A stretch of DNA of 41,239 nucleotides from Octopus bimaculoides (lineage: Eukaryota), in contig NC_068990.1 in NCBI RefSeq assembly GCF_001194135.2, positions 11,173,758 to 11,214,996 of the forward strand. The letters are read 5' to 3'. Within the stretch, counting starts at the first letter, position 1. Every line of letters begins with the position of its first letter. The position numbers were made by a program, and so were the translations under genes. This document shows positions 1-12,334 of this stretch, one piece after another. Below the pieces are notes generated by a model, which had not been told where the DNA came from, did not search any database, and was given only the letters and a program-made list of their open reading frames with translations.

Positions 1-5
1 ATATG

Positions 6-70
<65 letters not shown>

Positions 71-82
71 ATATATATGTAT

Positions 83-116
<34 letters not shown>

Positions 117-238
117 TTACAATTGTCTATTCGTACTTTAGATACATTAATACATACAGAGATATGTATATTATTTAGTTTTCTTTAGTTATGTGTATTA
201 ATTTGTGAATTATGAGTGTTTTCACTCATAATATATGC

Positions 239-269
<31 letters not shown>

Positions 270-500
270 CACACACACGTATTCATACATACGTAAACAC
301 ATACATACGTACTTACAGATGTACATACATTCAAACGTCTATACATTACACGCATTCACTCTCACACAGATACACACACATGCATAAAACACAGTCACAC
401 AAACACACGTACATACACAGACGCACACGCACACTTACATACACAGTCGCACACACACAGACACACTTACATACATACATACATACATACATACGTACAT
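1..500. repeat. (AT)n microsatellite followed by an AT/AC/ATAC low-complexity tract
   Basis: Direct reading: (AT)n at 1-113 and mixed (AT)/(AC)/(ATAC) at about 235-500. The IY/TH-rich ORFs here are read-through of the repeats. Confidence 0.95.
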
Positions 501-960
501 ATAAGAATCAGAGAGAAAAAGCATCAAATGCAAGTCTTTCACTTTCATATTTTCATAATTAGATTTTGTATCCATTTATAAAAGTAAAAGTTTTCCATTC
601 CATTATGTTATATATGCTCTTGAAAAACTAAATAACAACGACTGATAATGTTGATGGTAGTCGAGAGCAAATAATACTGTTCTTAATTGTATATGACATT
701 CAATGTTTTTTGTTGACATGAAGGAAATGTACCGTAAACAGCTCTGCTATCATCATCACATCTCACACTGTTCTTACTCAGTATTTATGCTATTCACTTT
801 GTAGTACCTCAAAGACTTCTAGATTCATGCGCAAGCATCAAAACCAAACACTGTAGGTGTCTGTAGGGGAGCTTCCATCTCAATGGCTTTCTAAGTCTGT
901 TTAACTCAAGACCCCCCCCCCGCTACTTCAGAGAAAACGTCTTATCTATAAACGCTTTAT

Positions 961-1368
961 CTTTTATCTTTAAATATTTTGTTTCAATCATTTGACTGCG
1001 GCCATGCTGGAGCACCGCCTTAAAGGGTTTTTTTATTCGAAGAAATCGATCCACAGGATTTATTCTTTGTAAGCCTAGTACTTATTTTATCGCTCTCTTT
1101 TTCTGAACCGCTAGTGTTGCGGGGACATAAACACAGCAACATCGGTTGTCAAGCGATGGCGGTGGGACAAACACAGACACACACACGAATATATATATAT
1201 ATATATATCACGGGCTTTCAGTTTCCGCCTGCTATATACACTCACAAGGTTTTGGTCGGCCGGAGACTATAGTAGAAGACAGTTGCCCAAGGTGCCACGC
1301 GGTGGGAATGAACCCGGTGCATGTGGTTTGGCAGCAAGCTTCTTACCACACAGCTACACCTGTGTCTA
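961..1368 (-). mobile_element. tRNA-derived SINE, family A (internal microsatellite type), apparently full length
   Basis: The minus strand reads a tRNA-like head (GGTGTAGCTGTGTGGTAAG...CCGGGTTCATTCCC), a CORE-like block (GGCACCTTGGGCAACTGTCTTCT), an internal (AT)n at 1189-1207, and a 3' body ending CCAGCATGGCCGCAGTCAAATGATTGAAAC. It is homologous to four other copies in the window. Confidence 0.88.
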
Positions 1369-1424
1369 TAATATTGCGAATTTTTTTTTTTTTTAATGAT
1401 TTAGAAATTATTTTTCTTTCATAT

Positions 1425-1622
1425 TCTGGACTGCGGCCATGCTAGTGAACCGCCTGAAAGGGTTCTAGTTGAGCAAATTGATCCTGATACTTGTCTTTTG
1501 TTTTTATATTTGGTACTTAGTTTATCGAATTCTTTTGCCGAATCAGCTAAGTTACAAAGACGTAAACAAAACAACAACGACTGTCAAGCGGTCTTAGGGT
1601 TTCAAACAGAAACACAGACATT

Positions 1623-1660
<38 letters not shown>
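1425..1660 (-). mobile_element. SINE family A, 3' half only, ending in (CA)n
   Basis: GACTGCGGCCATGCT...GTCAAGCG...AAACACAGACA matches 981-1188; no head follows the (CA)n. Confidence 0.8.
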
Positions 1661-1665
<5 letters not shown>

Positions 1666-1769
1666 TTAGATACCTTCCAGCAGGAATTATCCCAAACCAT
1701 GACTAGTTTGATAGGATCACTGGGAAAAGACATTTGACGATGTTTCAGATTACAGTCATCTATTTTGGC

Positions 1770-2146
1770 ACCATGGCCCATACAAGAGTAATTGTTTGCA
1801 GAGATATATCCGGCTGTGGATGGTTTGTCTGGAATTTGTTGGGGATATTCATCCTGGAGCCGTTTGAAAGTTATGATATTTTTATCTTCGTTTATGTATC
1901 TCAGCATGACGTTAAAGAGAACAGAGACGGTTGAGATAAAATAGTCCTGTTTCAGTGTTGTGATACGAGTGTGATTTCTCTAGAGGACGGATAACGCTGG
2001 AATCAAGCCTTGGGTGAATTATAAAGCTGCTACCAATATCATTTGGGCAATGATGTGAGAATATTTTGCATATCATACAAATGCTCTAGCGCTTGCGGCC
2101 GCGTTGGAGAAAATTAAGTTTGAGTTTCTCGAGCCAATTTGTAAAC
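1770..2146 (-). pseudogene. CR1/L2-group LINE, decayed ORF2 C-terminus
   Basis: Manual minus-strand translation gives NWLEKLKLNFLQRGRKR*SICMICKIFSHHCPNDIG...VLFNVMLRYINEDKNIITFKRLQDEYPQQIPDKPSTAGYISANN. This matches the ORF2 tail pattern YWxRLxxLKLYSLQRRRERY..WKI..VPN..LFNxLP..FKxxLD..IPDQP. Confidence 0.75.
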
Positions 2147-2914
2147 TTGTCATGTCATCTAGTTTTTAATTCTTTTTATTTGTGATTGATCCCTGGGTTA
2201 CTTCATTTTTTTAAATTTTGTTTCGTGTAGGGAAATCGCAGGGGAGAACAGCATTGAAGGTGAGGACAAACGAAGATGGAGAAGAGAAAGATAATGGGAT
2301 GAGAGTCTCATATATACATAAGTTCAGTTTATATTTTGCATATTTTGAAAATATTCTCTCCCTTCCATCCCCTAGTAACTGTCGATATGACCATCACCAA
2401 GAGACAACTTTAAACAGCTCCGTTGTTTACATGACTGAGAACAGGTGCCATTCAGTGAGAGACGCATATCTCATCCCTGTTGACAGTAGAAGCACAAAAA
2501 ATGTTTCAGTCTTATTGTTTTGGCATACGATGCTTAATTGGTTAATATTTGACGAGATAGTGTAACTTCTGACCCAACTCTGATGCATCAGTTTTGTGGT
2601 TTGCAAATAGTTGACCAAACGACTGAATGTCAATCAACAGATCTATCGTTCTACATATTTATCAACTCTATTAGAATATCAGGTGTTCTTCAAACTCCAA
2701 CGTAAAATGATAAAATGTAAGGGTTGCAGCGTGAATGGTTGTACGTATGTTCTTCTTACTCTCCACTACTTTTGTAAGCTTGTTAGTTCTGGTAATAACT
2801 ATAGCAGATGTGGATAACAAAGACTTAATAAGAAAGTGTCGCTGCTATTGTCTGATTCGATACCTTTCTTGAATGAGAAATACGTTAAACATTGAAATCC
2901 AGTCAATCTTGTTG

Positions 2915-3035
2915 TCATCGTCATCATCACTGCCATGAGCTACCGCCACCAACATCAACAACCCCACCACCACCACCACCACCACGACAACTATCAACGT
3001 TTTAACGTCTGGTTTTGCCGATTTGCATGGCTTTA
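2915..3035 (-). repeat. Degenerate (GAT/GGT)n tail with a short RTE-type 3' end
   Basis: (CAY)n-like tract followed by CGTTTAACGTCTGGTTTT; its reverse complement resembles the tail at 24660-24690. Confidence 0.45.
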
Positions 3036-4194
3036 TTTACATTACGCCTGACTTTTGTGTTTCAGTTATTATAGTGTCCAATATATCTTTCAGGTCTTTA
3101 ACATGATAGAATGTATTTGATGGTTGCTATTCTAGAAGACTGTCTGACCACACAGAGGCTTCCTTATTCTCTTGACAGGAGTTTTATGTAGAGAAAGATA
3201 ACCATGTGGATTGCGAAATGAATTTCCTATTCATTGGTCATAATTCCAATTCGCTGCATCTCATTGTTTCTTCACTTCAAAATGCTTTACCTATACATTC
3301 TTAGATATTGAGAATACTTAGCAGGTCATTTACAGTAGTCCGGTATTTTGTGAAAGGATCGGAATTTTTCTCTTCTACATTGTATTAAAAACCCAAAATT
3401 AAATGCTAACTCACAGCTAACACTAAGGAATTGCTAAATTTTACAATGTTAGGATTATGCAACATATTGCTTTTTAAACAATGCTGCGTGGAACAATAAT
3501 ATATCATACCTGCACTGAATTCCTGCCCATATTATCTCACGCAGATGACTAATAGTCATAGGAGAAATCCTCAATAATTGTTCTTAATGCTGGCCTTGTG
3601 TTCTTTTGCTGCCAAATAGTGCGGTATTAGCGTGTGTCATATGCTCTTTGGGCTTAATTTTGCTCCATCTGCCTTATGCCCTCCCTCTCTCAATCTAGTG
3701 CACTTCACATTTTACATACGTCAGGGTTGCTTCCTACTATCATATGGGTAGGAGCTTGGCAAGATAAAGATGCGTTAATTTTTTCTTCTTGTGGACCTCT
3801 GTGAAAGGCTGTGGAACCCTGATGACTTTTCGATGGACAAAGAGTTCCCGAAATTTCAATATTTCAGCAAAATGTTCCATGTTAAAGAACATTTTGTTTT
3901 AAATAACACTAGCAACAGGCATGTTTTCGTAATTTGTGCATACACACAAAGTGGGACGTGCATGTGTATTTTAATTCTTGCTGTTGGTACCTCATTTAAT
4001 ATCATCATTCTCTTCTCTATGGACGACAGAAGACGAATTAGTTTTGTGGGCTACAAAGCAGCTTTATATGTGTTAGTGACACGGAAAGTCATCCAGTACA
4101 CTTTAGAATTAGTTTGCGAATAAAGCAGAGACAACGCAGTGTCGAGACACTCTATGGAAATCAGAGCAATGGAATTTGATTTGCTGACTCAGAA

Positions 4195-4380
4195 ATTGGT
4201 TTCAAACTTTGGTACACGGCTAGCAGGTTTGGGTGGGAGCTAAGTCGATCTAAGTATTCAACTGGCACTTATTTTATCGACCCCAAAAGGATGAAAATCA
4301 AAGTCGACCCAAACTACATTTGAACCCAAAATGTAAAAACGGACGAAATGTCTCTAGGCATTTTTGCTAACTCACATATT
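4195..4380 (-). mobile_element. tRNA-derived SINE, family B, diverged
   Basis: ACTTATTTTATCGACCCC..AAGGATGAAA..AAAGTCGACC...ATTTGAAC matches the copies at 22355, 34090 and 36130. Confidence 0.75.
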
Positions 4381-4494
4381 CTGTCTCATATTTCTCCAGG
4401 ACCAATAATTTCAATGATTTTTTGTTTTTATTCCTTTGAGCTTTCAGTGCAGAAATCTTCCATTGCAGGTTGTTTATTATATACATCATCGTAG

Positions 4495-4865
4495 TCAACA
4501 TAACGATAAATATCATCGTCATTGCCATCACCGCCACCATCGTGCCAAGAGAAAGACTACCTCTTTAGTTCTATTGCTCCGAAAAAAAAATTCACCCATC
4601 ATATATACCCTCTGTAAAGTAGTTGGTGTTAAGAGGTCATTCTTCCGTAGAGAACTTGCTAAAATTTAGATGTTGGGGGAAAATGTATTCCTCCGCCCCG
4701 TCCGATTCTATCGAATTAAACAAGCTACGCCAGTGTAAAAAACAGACCCCAAACGATGACGACGATGATGATGATGTTGGTGATGACGATGGTGGGTGGT
4801 GACGGTGATGAAGTGGAGGATGATGATTGTGATGACAACGATGATGGTGATGATGGATATGATAA
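4495..4865. repeat. Degenerate trinucleotide tracts: (CAT)-like at 4495-4545 and (GAT)-like at 4755-4865
   Basis: Direct reading; these tracts explain the His-rich ORFs. Confidence 0.8.
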
Positions 4866-5943
4866 ACAACCTGCAATCGAAGAGTGTAAGATTTAATCGA
4901 TGCTGTATAAACGTGTAAATAATCACACTGACTCATGTAAACACGTGTGTTTTTTTGTTAATATGGTTATATATTCATTTCTCTGCAGACAGAAAAAACA
5001 TGAATGTATGAATCAAGTAAAAAAAATAATCTGTTTACATAAGTTAGTGTAATTATTTTCATATTCTCGAAGCTTCGAGTAAATCTTACTCTGTTTGAGT
5101 ACAGGTATATGTTTATCCAAATATTTGTTACTTTTTTTTTACATTTTAATATACATCGATATATAGCATGTATATTTATCTATAAAGATATACTGCTGGA
5201 CACCTTATTTATGTAAATATGTGTGCATAAGTATATACACACATGTATACATATATATANNNNNNNNNNNNNNNNNNNNNNNNNNNNNNNNNNNNNNNNN
5301 NNNNNNNNNNNNNNNNNNNNNNNNNNNNNNNNNNNNNNNNNNNNNNNNNNNNNNNNNNNNNNNNNNNNNNNNNNNNNNNNNNNNNNNNNNNNNNNNNNNN
5401 NNNNNNNNNNNNNNNNNNNNNNNNNNNNNNNNNNNNNNNNNNNNNNNNNNNNNNNNNNNNNNNNNNNNNNNNNNNNNNNNNNNNNNNNNNNNNNNNNNNN
5501 NNNNNNNNNNNNNNNNNNNNNNNNNNNNNNNNNNNNNNNNNNNNNNNNNNNNNNNNNNNNNNNNNNNNNNNNNNNNNNNNNNNNNNNNNNNNNNNNNNNN
5601 NNNNNNNNNNNNNNNNNNNNNNNNNNNNNNNNNNNNNNNNNNNNNNNNNNNNNNNNNNNNNNNNNNNNNNNNNNNNNNNNNNNNNNNNNNNNNNNNNNNN
5701 NNNNNNNNNNNNNNNNNNNNNNNNNNNNNNNNNNNNNNNNNNNNNNNNNNNNNNNNNNNNNNNNNNNNNNNNNNNNNNNNNNNNNNNNNNNNNNNNNNNN
5801 NNNNNNNNNNNNNNNNNNNNNNNNNNNNNNNNNNNNNNNNNNNNNNNNNNNNNNNNNNNNNNNNNNNNNNNNNNNNNNNNNNNNNNNNNNNNNNNNNNNN
5901 NNNNNNNNNNNNNNNNNNNNNNNNNNNNNNNNNNNNNNNNNNN

Positions 5944-5979
<36 letters not shown>

Positions 5980-6240
5980 TGTGTGTGTGTGCGTGTGTGT
6001 GTGTGTGTCTGTGTCTGTGTGTGTGTCTGTGTTTGTGTGTCTGTGTTTTTCCTCCAACATCGCTTGACAACCGATGCTGGTGTGTTTACGTCCCCGTAAC
6101 TTAACGGTTCGGCAAAAGGGCCCGGTAGAATTAGTACTAGGCTTACAAAGAATAAGTCCTAGGGTCCATTTGCTCGACTAACGGTGGTGCTCCAGCGTGG
6201 CCGCAGTCAAATGACTGAAACGAGTAAACGAGTAAAAGAG
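5944..6240 (+). mobile_element. SINE family A, internal (TG)n plus 3' half; head absent or hidden in the gap
   Basis: (TG)n then CATCGCTTGACAACCGATGCTGGTG...CCAGCGTGGCCGCAGTCAAATGACTGAAAC, the reverse complement of 981-1188. Confidence 0.88.
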
Positions 6241-7609
6241 CAACTACTACAGAAAACAGATTTATTAATATAGAATGAGATGGTAAACATTTTTCACTCA
6301 TTTTTACAAAATTCAAATGGCAAAATTGCATCTGGCAAGATTGATTTCAATCTCGTATGTTTCCACCAGTAAATTTCGACCTCAACCTTTTGGAAATGAA
6401 TTACTTGAAGTAATGCTTTTAAAACTTCAATATCGAATCAAATGTGACTAGCATAGGGTTAGTGAAAGCATAAGAAATATTTGAAATCCCTGGACATCAA
6501 TGTTCACTCTCATAAGACAGGGTATCTGTAACAGCTAAACAGTTTCCTATATATTCATATTTATCGTAACGATATCACTAAGAACTTCATAACTGTGTAC
6601 CCTTATGCCATAAAGTAAATTAATGTGGAACGTACAATAATGTACGAATTTTGTGAACGTAACAGAAAGGAACTTTCGAAGACAAAACCTATTTCCTGAC
6701 CATGACAAAAAGTTAGTTCTCGCCGTAATCCTTTAATACAACTCTTTAACCCAAAGGTTTGAGACACTGGTAGTTTCACATTTTTGATAAGACTATCTCA
6801 ACAGTAATGAATACTGCTTTATTAGCACCATATAAAACTTCCGCCTCTGTTTTAACAACTGATTTAATCGCTCTCCGAAAAAAAAAAAAGAAAAGAAAAC
6901 AGATGACGAACGGTTTAAAATTTGGTTTTGAAAACTATAATGCTTCATTATATCATTTTTGTTAATGTAAGCTATACTTTACATTAAAATTTCTGCTGAT
7001 ATTAAGGATTTAGAGGTAGATGATATTTACCTGTTAAAAAGAGTTAACTTGTACGATAATTTCCTTTGAATACTGAAGTAATCTGGAAATCATTTCTACA
7101 TCAGAATCACAGGCTGCAGAACATAATAGTTGATATTGATTTGTAGCAACTTACCAAAGTAAAAACAAGATTTTTGAACTGCAGGCTCTAAATATATTAA
7201 GAAAATGATTTCTTTATATTGATGAATTGTAATCCGTTGACTAGAGATTATGATCAAGAAAAGAGAACCCTATATTACTTTTTAAAAGGATACGGTTTTC
7301 TTTTACTATCATGCTAACAGCTAAGAATAATTTTTAGAAAATTATTCTTAATCATTCAACGGAGCTCTATTGCACTTAAAACGAGCCTAATAAAACTTGA
7401 AGCTACATTAGCAGGTATTCCAACCTTCCTAGCAATATTAGAAGGAATCTATCTTGAAACATTTCGTTGAAGCTTTCGCGAAAGATTTTGCAAATGTAAT
7501 TTTTAAGTACCATTCGGAATATCACGATATTTTAACTGAGAGTAGATTTGAGTATAATTTATTTTCCTTCAGATTTGTTGCTGCTTAAAGACTGGAAGAT
7601 GGCCTAAGA

Positions 7610-7920
7610 ATGACTTTTTGCCAGCTGAGTGTCTTCTTGGATGTTGGCTGATCCAGTATCGTCGTTAGGAGTTTATCCAATGTTTTTTCGAATGTTTCAG
7701 TAAAGGTCCCTTTCATATTTCTGATTTCTTTAGGTAGATACGTAGCTGAACAACTGAGGACCTCTAAATATCAGACTGGTACAACGGATTGTTTCTGTTC
7801 GTGATTACGAAGGTGATATATTTAGAATCTGACAGTGTCTATCAGTTACTGCATCAAAATTCTCTTTAATGCTGATGTTGGAACATGCCACTCCAAGATT
7901 TTCGGAAGACAGAGATACCA
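7610..7920 (-). pseudogene. CR1/L2-group LINE, decayed ORF2 C-terminus
   Basis: The minus strand, across frameshifts, reads KILEWHVP(N)ISIKENFDAVTDRHCQILNISPS*SRTETIRCTSLIFRGPQLF/LPKEIRNMKGTFTETFEKTLDKLLTTILDQPT. This is the same segment of ORF2 as at 1770-2146. Confidence 0.75.
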
Positions 7921-8821
7921 TTAAGAATAAACAAAAATGTATTATGTTGTTTAAACCACTCTTCAATATGAAGGTTGCCGTACAACTTGGTACAACATAG
8001 ATACCACAAAAGGATAAACAATGAAACGGTGAAATTATCATATTCCACTACTCTAAATTTAACTATGCATTTCGTGAGTTCTGTATAACTAAGATAGATA
8101 ATAACAATAGCAAAATTAATACATTTAATAGTTCAGATATTAATTACAAATGTATTAATGCAAATATTTGCCTATGGGAAATAATTGTTTAGTTAGGGTA
8201 ATAATGCATGAGTAATTTGATTATATTAAGAGAAATATAGGATTAACTGCCAATTCACGAGACATTCGTCACAGCAGGCATAATTACACATTTCTTAATG
8301 AAGCAAGAATAAATATGGCTGCATTGTAAGGTTATGGCTGGGAGCTTAAGAAATCCAGTATCTCTTATGATATGGATTGTAGCATTGCAGCGGGGACTAA
8401 AGGTTACACGGAGAAATGACATCCCTATACTTTGTGTACCATAAAGGCAATAAGTATGTTATTCGCTAATAATAAACTTGAAAGTAAATGCGAAAACAAT
8501 AGACTCCTGTATGCACAATTACTTAGAACATTCTTGCACTACTTTCCGAATATCAGAGATTAATTAAGTGTATGTGTGTGTGGGTGTAGAACTATTTGTT
8601 TTTTTTTTAGAAAAGCTTTTAATCTTTCGTTATAGTCATTATTAGATGTTTAGCTGGTTCGTACTGGTTCAGTTACCGCATATTGGGCGGTTAATTGACT
8701 AAAGTGAGGGTCATAGAAAACATGTACGTCAGGATATACGAATATACAAATGTAAATATATAAATGAACATGTATAGTAGTATGTGCATGTGTATATATA
8801 TATATAAATGAATATATATAT

Positions 8822-8863
<42 letters not shown>

Positions 8864-9607
8864 TACGGAAGAATGTAACAAAAAGATTTTGAGTAACTGC
8901 CTTTATAAGAAGAATAAGTATGTTTTGATAAAGGGTATACACATATAATTACGTATATTTACATTATGTGAAAAGTGTATTTTGCATTATATAAGTACAT
9001 AATTAAAAACTATATGCGATCTGGCAAGTCTGTATCATAAAACGACTTAAACAGTTCCGCATACTCTTTCTCAGTTAAATTCCTAAGATTAACAATACAT
9101 ATATGCATATATTTAAAAATTTCTCTTTGTAATTGTATTAAATCTTTGAACATAAATTAGTGTATGTATAAAAGTCGAATAACAGCGTACAAAATTTAAA
9201 TGGTTGTTATAATAGTGTTGATATGGATGGGTGGGGCTTCTTTATTCGACGGTGAGGATTTAGAACTCCAAAGAAGTGAATTATCTACTAATTGAACTCG
9301 CTATTAAGAGGATGGGTATTCTACAGATATAGAATTACCATTATGGCAATTCACTGGAGGAAACATTAATATGACACACGGAGTCTGATAACGCTGTATT
9401 TTCAATTGTTTGTACAATCTATTTCAAAGACGTCTATATAGTTTCCGTCGACCCAATTTTATTTATGAAGTACGGGATGACCCAAGATTTAAGAAAACGG
9501 TAGTGGGTTCCAACCCAGGAATACATATTTCCAATACAAACTTCAGTACCGCTGGGTCTTTCTGCACCAACAGGTTGAATGTATACAGGCATATATACAC
9601 ACCACAA

Positions 9608-9784
9608 ATTTTAGTTGACTAAATCGACCCCAGTATTAGTGTTTTAAAATTGGTACTTATTTGAATGGTCTCTTTTGCCGAACCGATAGTTTACGGGACA
9701 TAAATACACCAATGCCGGTTTTCAAGTGGTGGTAGTGGGGGAGGGAGAAACACAGACACAAGGACACACACACAAATATATATC

Positions 9785-9816
<32 letters not shown>

Positions 9817-10862
9817 NNNNNNNNNNNNNNNNNNNNNNNNNNNNNNNNNNNNNNNNNNNNNNNNNNNNNNNNNNNNNNNNNNNNNNNNNNNNNNNNNNNN
9901 NNNNNNNNNNNNNNNNNNNNNNNNNNNNNNNNNNNNNNNNNNNNNNNNNNNNNNNNNNNNNNNNNNNNNNNNNNNNNNNNNNNNNNNNNNNNNNNNNNNN
10001 NNNNNNNNNNNNNNNNNNNNNNNNNNNNNNNNNNNNNNNNNNNNNNNNNNNNNNNNNNNNNNNNNNNNNNNNNNNNNNNNNNNNNNNNNNNNNNNNNNNN
10101 NNNNNNNNNNNNNNNNNNNNNNNNNNNNNNNNNNNNNNNNNNNNNNNNNNNNNNNNNNNNNNNNNNNNNNNNNNNNNNNNNNNNNNNNNNNNNNNNNNNN
10201 NNNNNNNNNNNNNNNNNNNNNNNNNNNNNNNNNNNNNNNNNNNNNNNNNNNNNNNNNNNNNNNNNNNNNNNNNNNNNNNNNNNNNNNNNNNNNNNNNNNN
10301 NNNNNNNNNNNNNNNNNNNNNNNNNNNNNNNNNNNNNNNNNNNNNNNNNNNNNNNNNNNNNNNNNNNNNNNNNNNNNNNNNNNNNNNNNNNNNNNNNNNN
10401 NNNNNNNNNNNNNNNNNNNNNNNNNNNNNNNNNNNNNNNNNNNNNNNNNNNNNNNNNNNNNNNNNNNNNNNNNNNNNNNNNNNNNNNNNNNNNNNNNNNN
10501 NNNNNNNNNNNNNNNNNNNNNNNNNNNNNNNNNNNNNNNNNNNNNNNNNNNNNNNNNNNNNNNNNNNNNNNNNNNNNNNNNNNNNNNNNNNNNNNNNNNN
10601 NNNNNNNNNNNNNNNNNNNNNNNNNNNNNNNNNNNNNNNNNNNNNNNNNNNNNNNNNNNNNNNNNNNNNNNNNNNNNNNNNNNNNNNNNNNNNNNNNNNN
10701 ATATATATATATATGACGATCTTCCTTCAGTTTCCGTCTGCCATATCTATTCACAAGGTTTTGTTCGGCCTGAGGCCAAAGTAGAAGACACTTACCCAAG
10801 GTGTCACGCTGTGGTACTGAACCCGGAACCATTCTTACTATACAGCCACACCAACTCCTATA
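9608..10862 (-). mobile_element. SINE family A spanning an N-gap inside its internal microsatellite
   Basis: The 3' body lies at 9608-9780 and the head/CORE part at 10716-10862 (TTCAGTTTCCGTCTG...CCCAAGGTGTCACGC...ACTGAACCCGG). Order and orientation match 961-1368. Confidence 0.82.
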
Positions 10863-10977
10863 CACACGCGCGCGCACACACATAACTTACTGTGAATAAA
10901 AACCAGGTGGCGTTGCGTTGTGTTCCGTTACTTAATAAGTGAAAACAATTTATAGTAAATGCACAAACGAAGCACAA

Positions 10978-11218
10978 ATACTAGACGAACGGAAAATGGA
11001 CACAGAAGGTCCCTAATTCCCAAGATTTATCTATCAAAGGGTATGACGCAATTTTGTGCCTTTAACGATAAAGATTGATTCCCACCTGGAGGCATCTGCA
11101 AAAGTTGCAGAGAATATTTAACCGAGAACAAACAAACAAACAATACGTAGATAACAAGTGATACGGAAGTTGACATACGAATGAATTAATTCAAGACGGC
11201 AGACGAGGAACAAGGACA
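10978..11218 (-). repeat. Unclassified interspersed repeat, family D, copy 1
   Basis: Reverse complement aligns by eye with 11680-11912 and 22203-22682 (shared ATCGTTAAAGGCA, GCAACTTT..GCAG, GACCTTCTGTG.C..TTTTCCGTTCGTCT). Confidence 0.8.
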
Positions 11219-11679
11219 AAAAAAAAAAAAGAAAAAAAAAACAGAATACAGTCTTAAAGCGAGATGAAGACAAAGCATGGGTAACGCATATAGGGAAATC
11301 CTAAGGGATTGGAAACAGAAGGGCAACAGACAGCGAGACAGGCTGTTGTGGAGACAAGAGAATTTACGTCCGGTCATCTCAAAGATCGGTGTAAAAAAGA
11401 GAGGGAATGGAAGAAAAGGCTGACCACGGGTTATGTGTCAGGAGCAGGCAGAGGGAGACACAGAGGGCAGAGGGAGAAAAAGAGGACAGAGGAGAAAGAG
11501 AGCGAGAGAAGCGGAACGCGAAGCACCCTGGTTTTTATTCTCAGTAAGTTATTTATTCATCCGTGAGATTTCTATTTTTAGCCTTTCTTCTTATTCCTTT
11601 TTCTCTCTCAGTCTCTTCTTCTTTCTCACTCCCTCTCTCTCTAGTTCGCTCTCTCTGCTTTTTTCTATTTTGTATTTCG

Positions 11680-11912
11680 TCTTTGTCCCTCGTCTGTCGT
11701 CTTGAATTGCCTTGATTCATTTTCGTATGTTCACTTCAATTTCGCTTGTTATCCATGTATTGTTTGTTTGTTCTCGGTCCAATATTCTCTGCAACTTTCG
11801 CAGTTGCCTCCAGCTGGGAAGTAATTTTATCGTTAAAGGCATGAAATTGTGTCGATTACCAATGAGGAATAATGGACCTTCTGTGTCTGTTTTCCGTTCG
11901 TCTGTGCATTTA
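11680..11912 (+). repeat. Unclassified interspersed repeat, family D, copy 2 (inverted relative to copy 1)
   Basis: Same shared blocks as copy 1, on the opposite strand. Confidence 0.8.
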
Positions 11913-12072
11913 TCATACACTTTTCACTTACACACACGCACACACCAACACACACATACACACGCCCACGCACACACATATATGGTGCATTCCAGTAAGT
12001 TCTAAACAGTCTTTTTAGGAGAGGCACATATAAATGTCCTTGATTATTTTAATTTTAGTATATCATTATTAT

Positions 12073-12334
12073 GGTGGAGGCGCGTGGCCTAGCGGTTAGC
12101 GTGTCAGCACCATGATCGTAAGATTGTGGTTTCGATTCTTGGACCGAGCGACGCATTGTGTTCTTGAGCAAAACACTTCATTTCACGTTTCTCCAGTCCA
12201 CTCAGCTGACAAAAATGAGTAACGCTGCGATGGACTGGCGTCCCGTCCAGCTGGGGAACACATACGCCATTGAAACCGGGAAACCGGGCCCATGAGCCTG
12301 GCTAGGCTTTAAAAGGGCTCATTTATTTATTTTT
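12073..12334 (+). mobile_element. tRNA-derived SINE, family C, full length with a perfect 14-bp target-site duplication
   Basis: A box TGGCCTAGCGG (12085-12095), B box GGTTTCGATTC (12128-12138), TGTGTTCTTGAGCAAAACACTT core block and (TTTA)n tail. TATATCATTATTAT is repeated at 12059-12072 and 12335-12348. Confidence 0.92.

Noticed and set aside
3-562. IY/TH/CV-rich ORFs here and throughout the track, including all X-containing ORFs
   Set aside because: They are translations of dinucleotide or tetranucleotide repeats and N-gaps, with no coding signal.
3815-3865. CTGATGA...CCCGAAA resembling a hammerhead
   Set aside because: The bases adjacent to the two core boxes do not pair, and no stem I or III can be drawn.
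4436-4936. His-rich ORFs on both strands
   Set aside because: Explained by degenerate (CAT)n and (GAT)n tracts.
7030-7190. Minus-strand splice-like signals (GTAAGT...TTCTGCAG...CAG|GTAAAT)
   Set aside because: The implied intron is only 41 nt and the 83-nt exon has stops in all three frames.
7574-7680. Plus-strand acceptor TTTTCCTTCAG followed by a short open frame
   Set aside because: It overlaps the antisense LINE remnant and no donor was found.
12073-12145. Possible bona fide tRNA gene
   Set aside because: It cannot be folded into a full cloverleaf with an acceptor stem, and it continues into a SINE body with tail and TSD.
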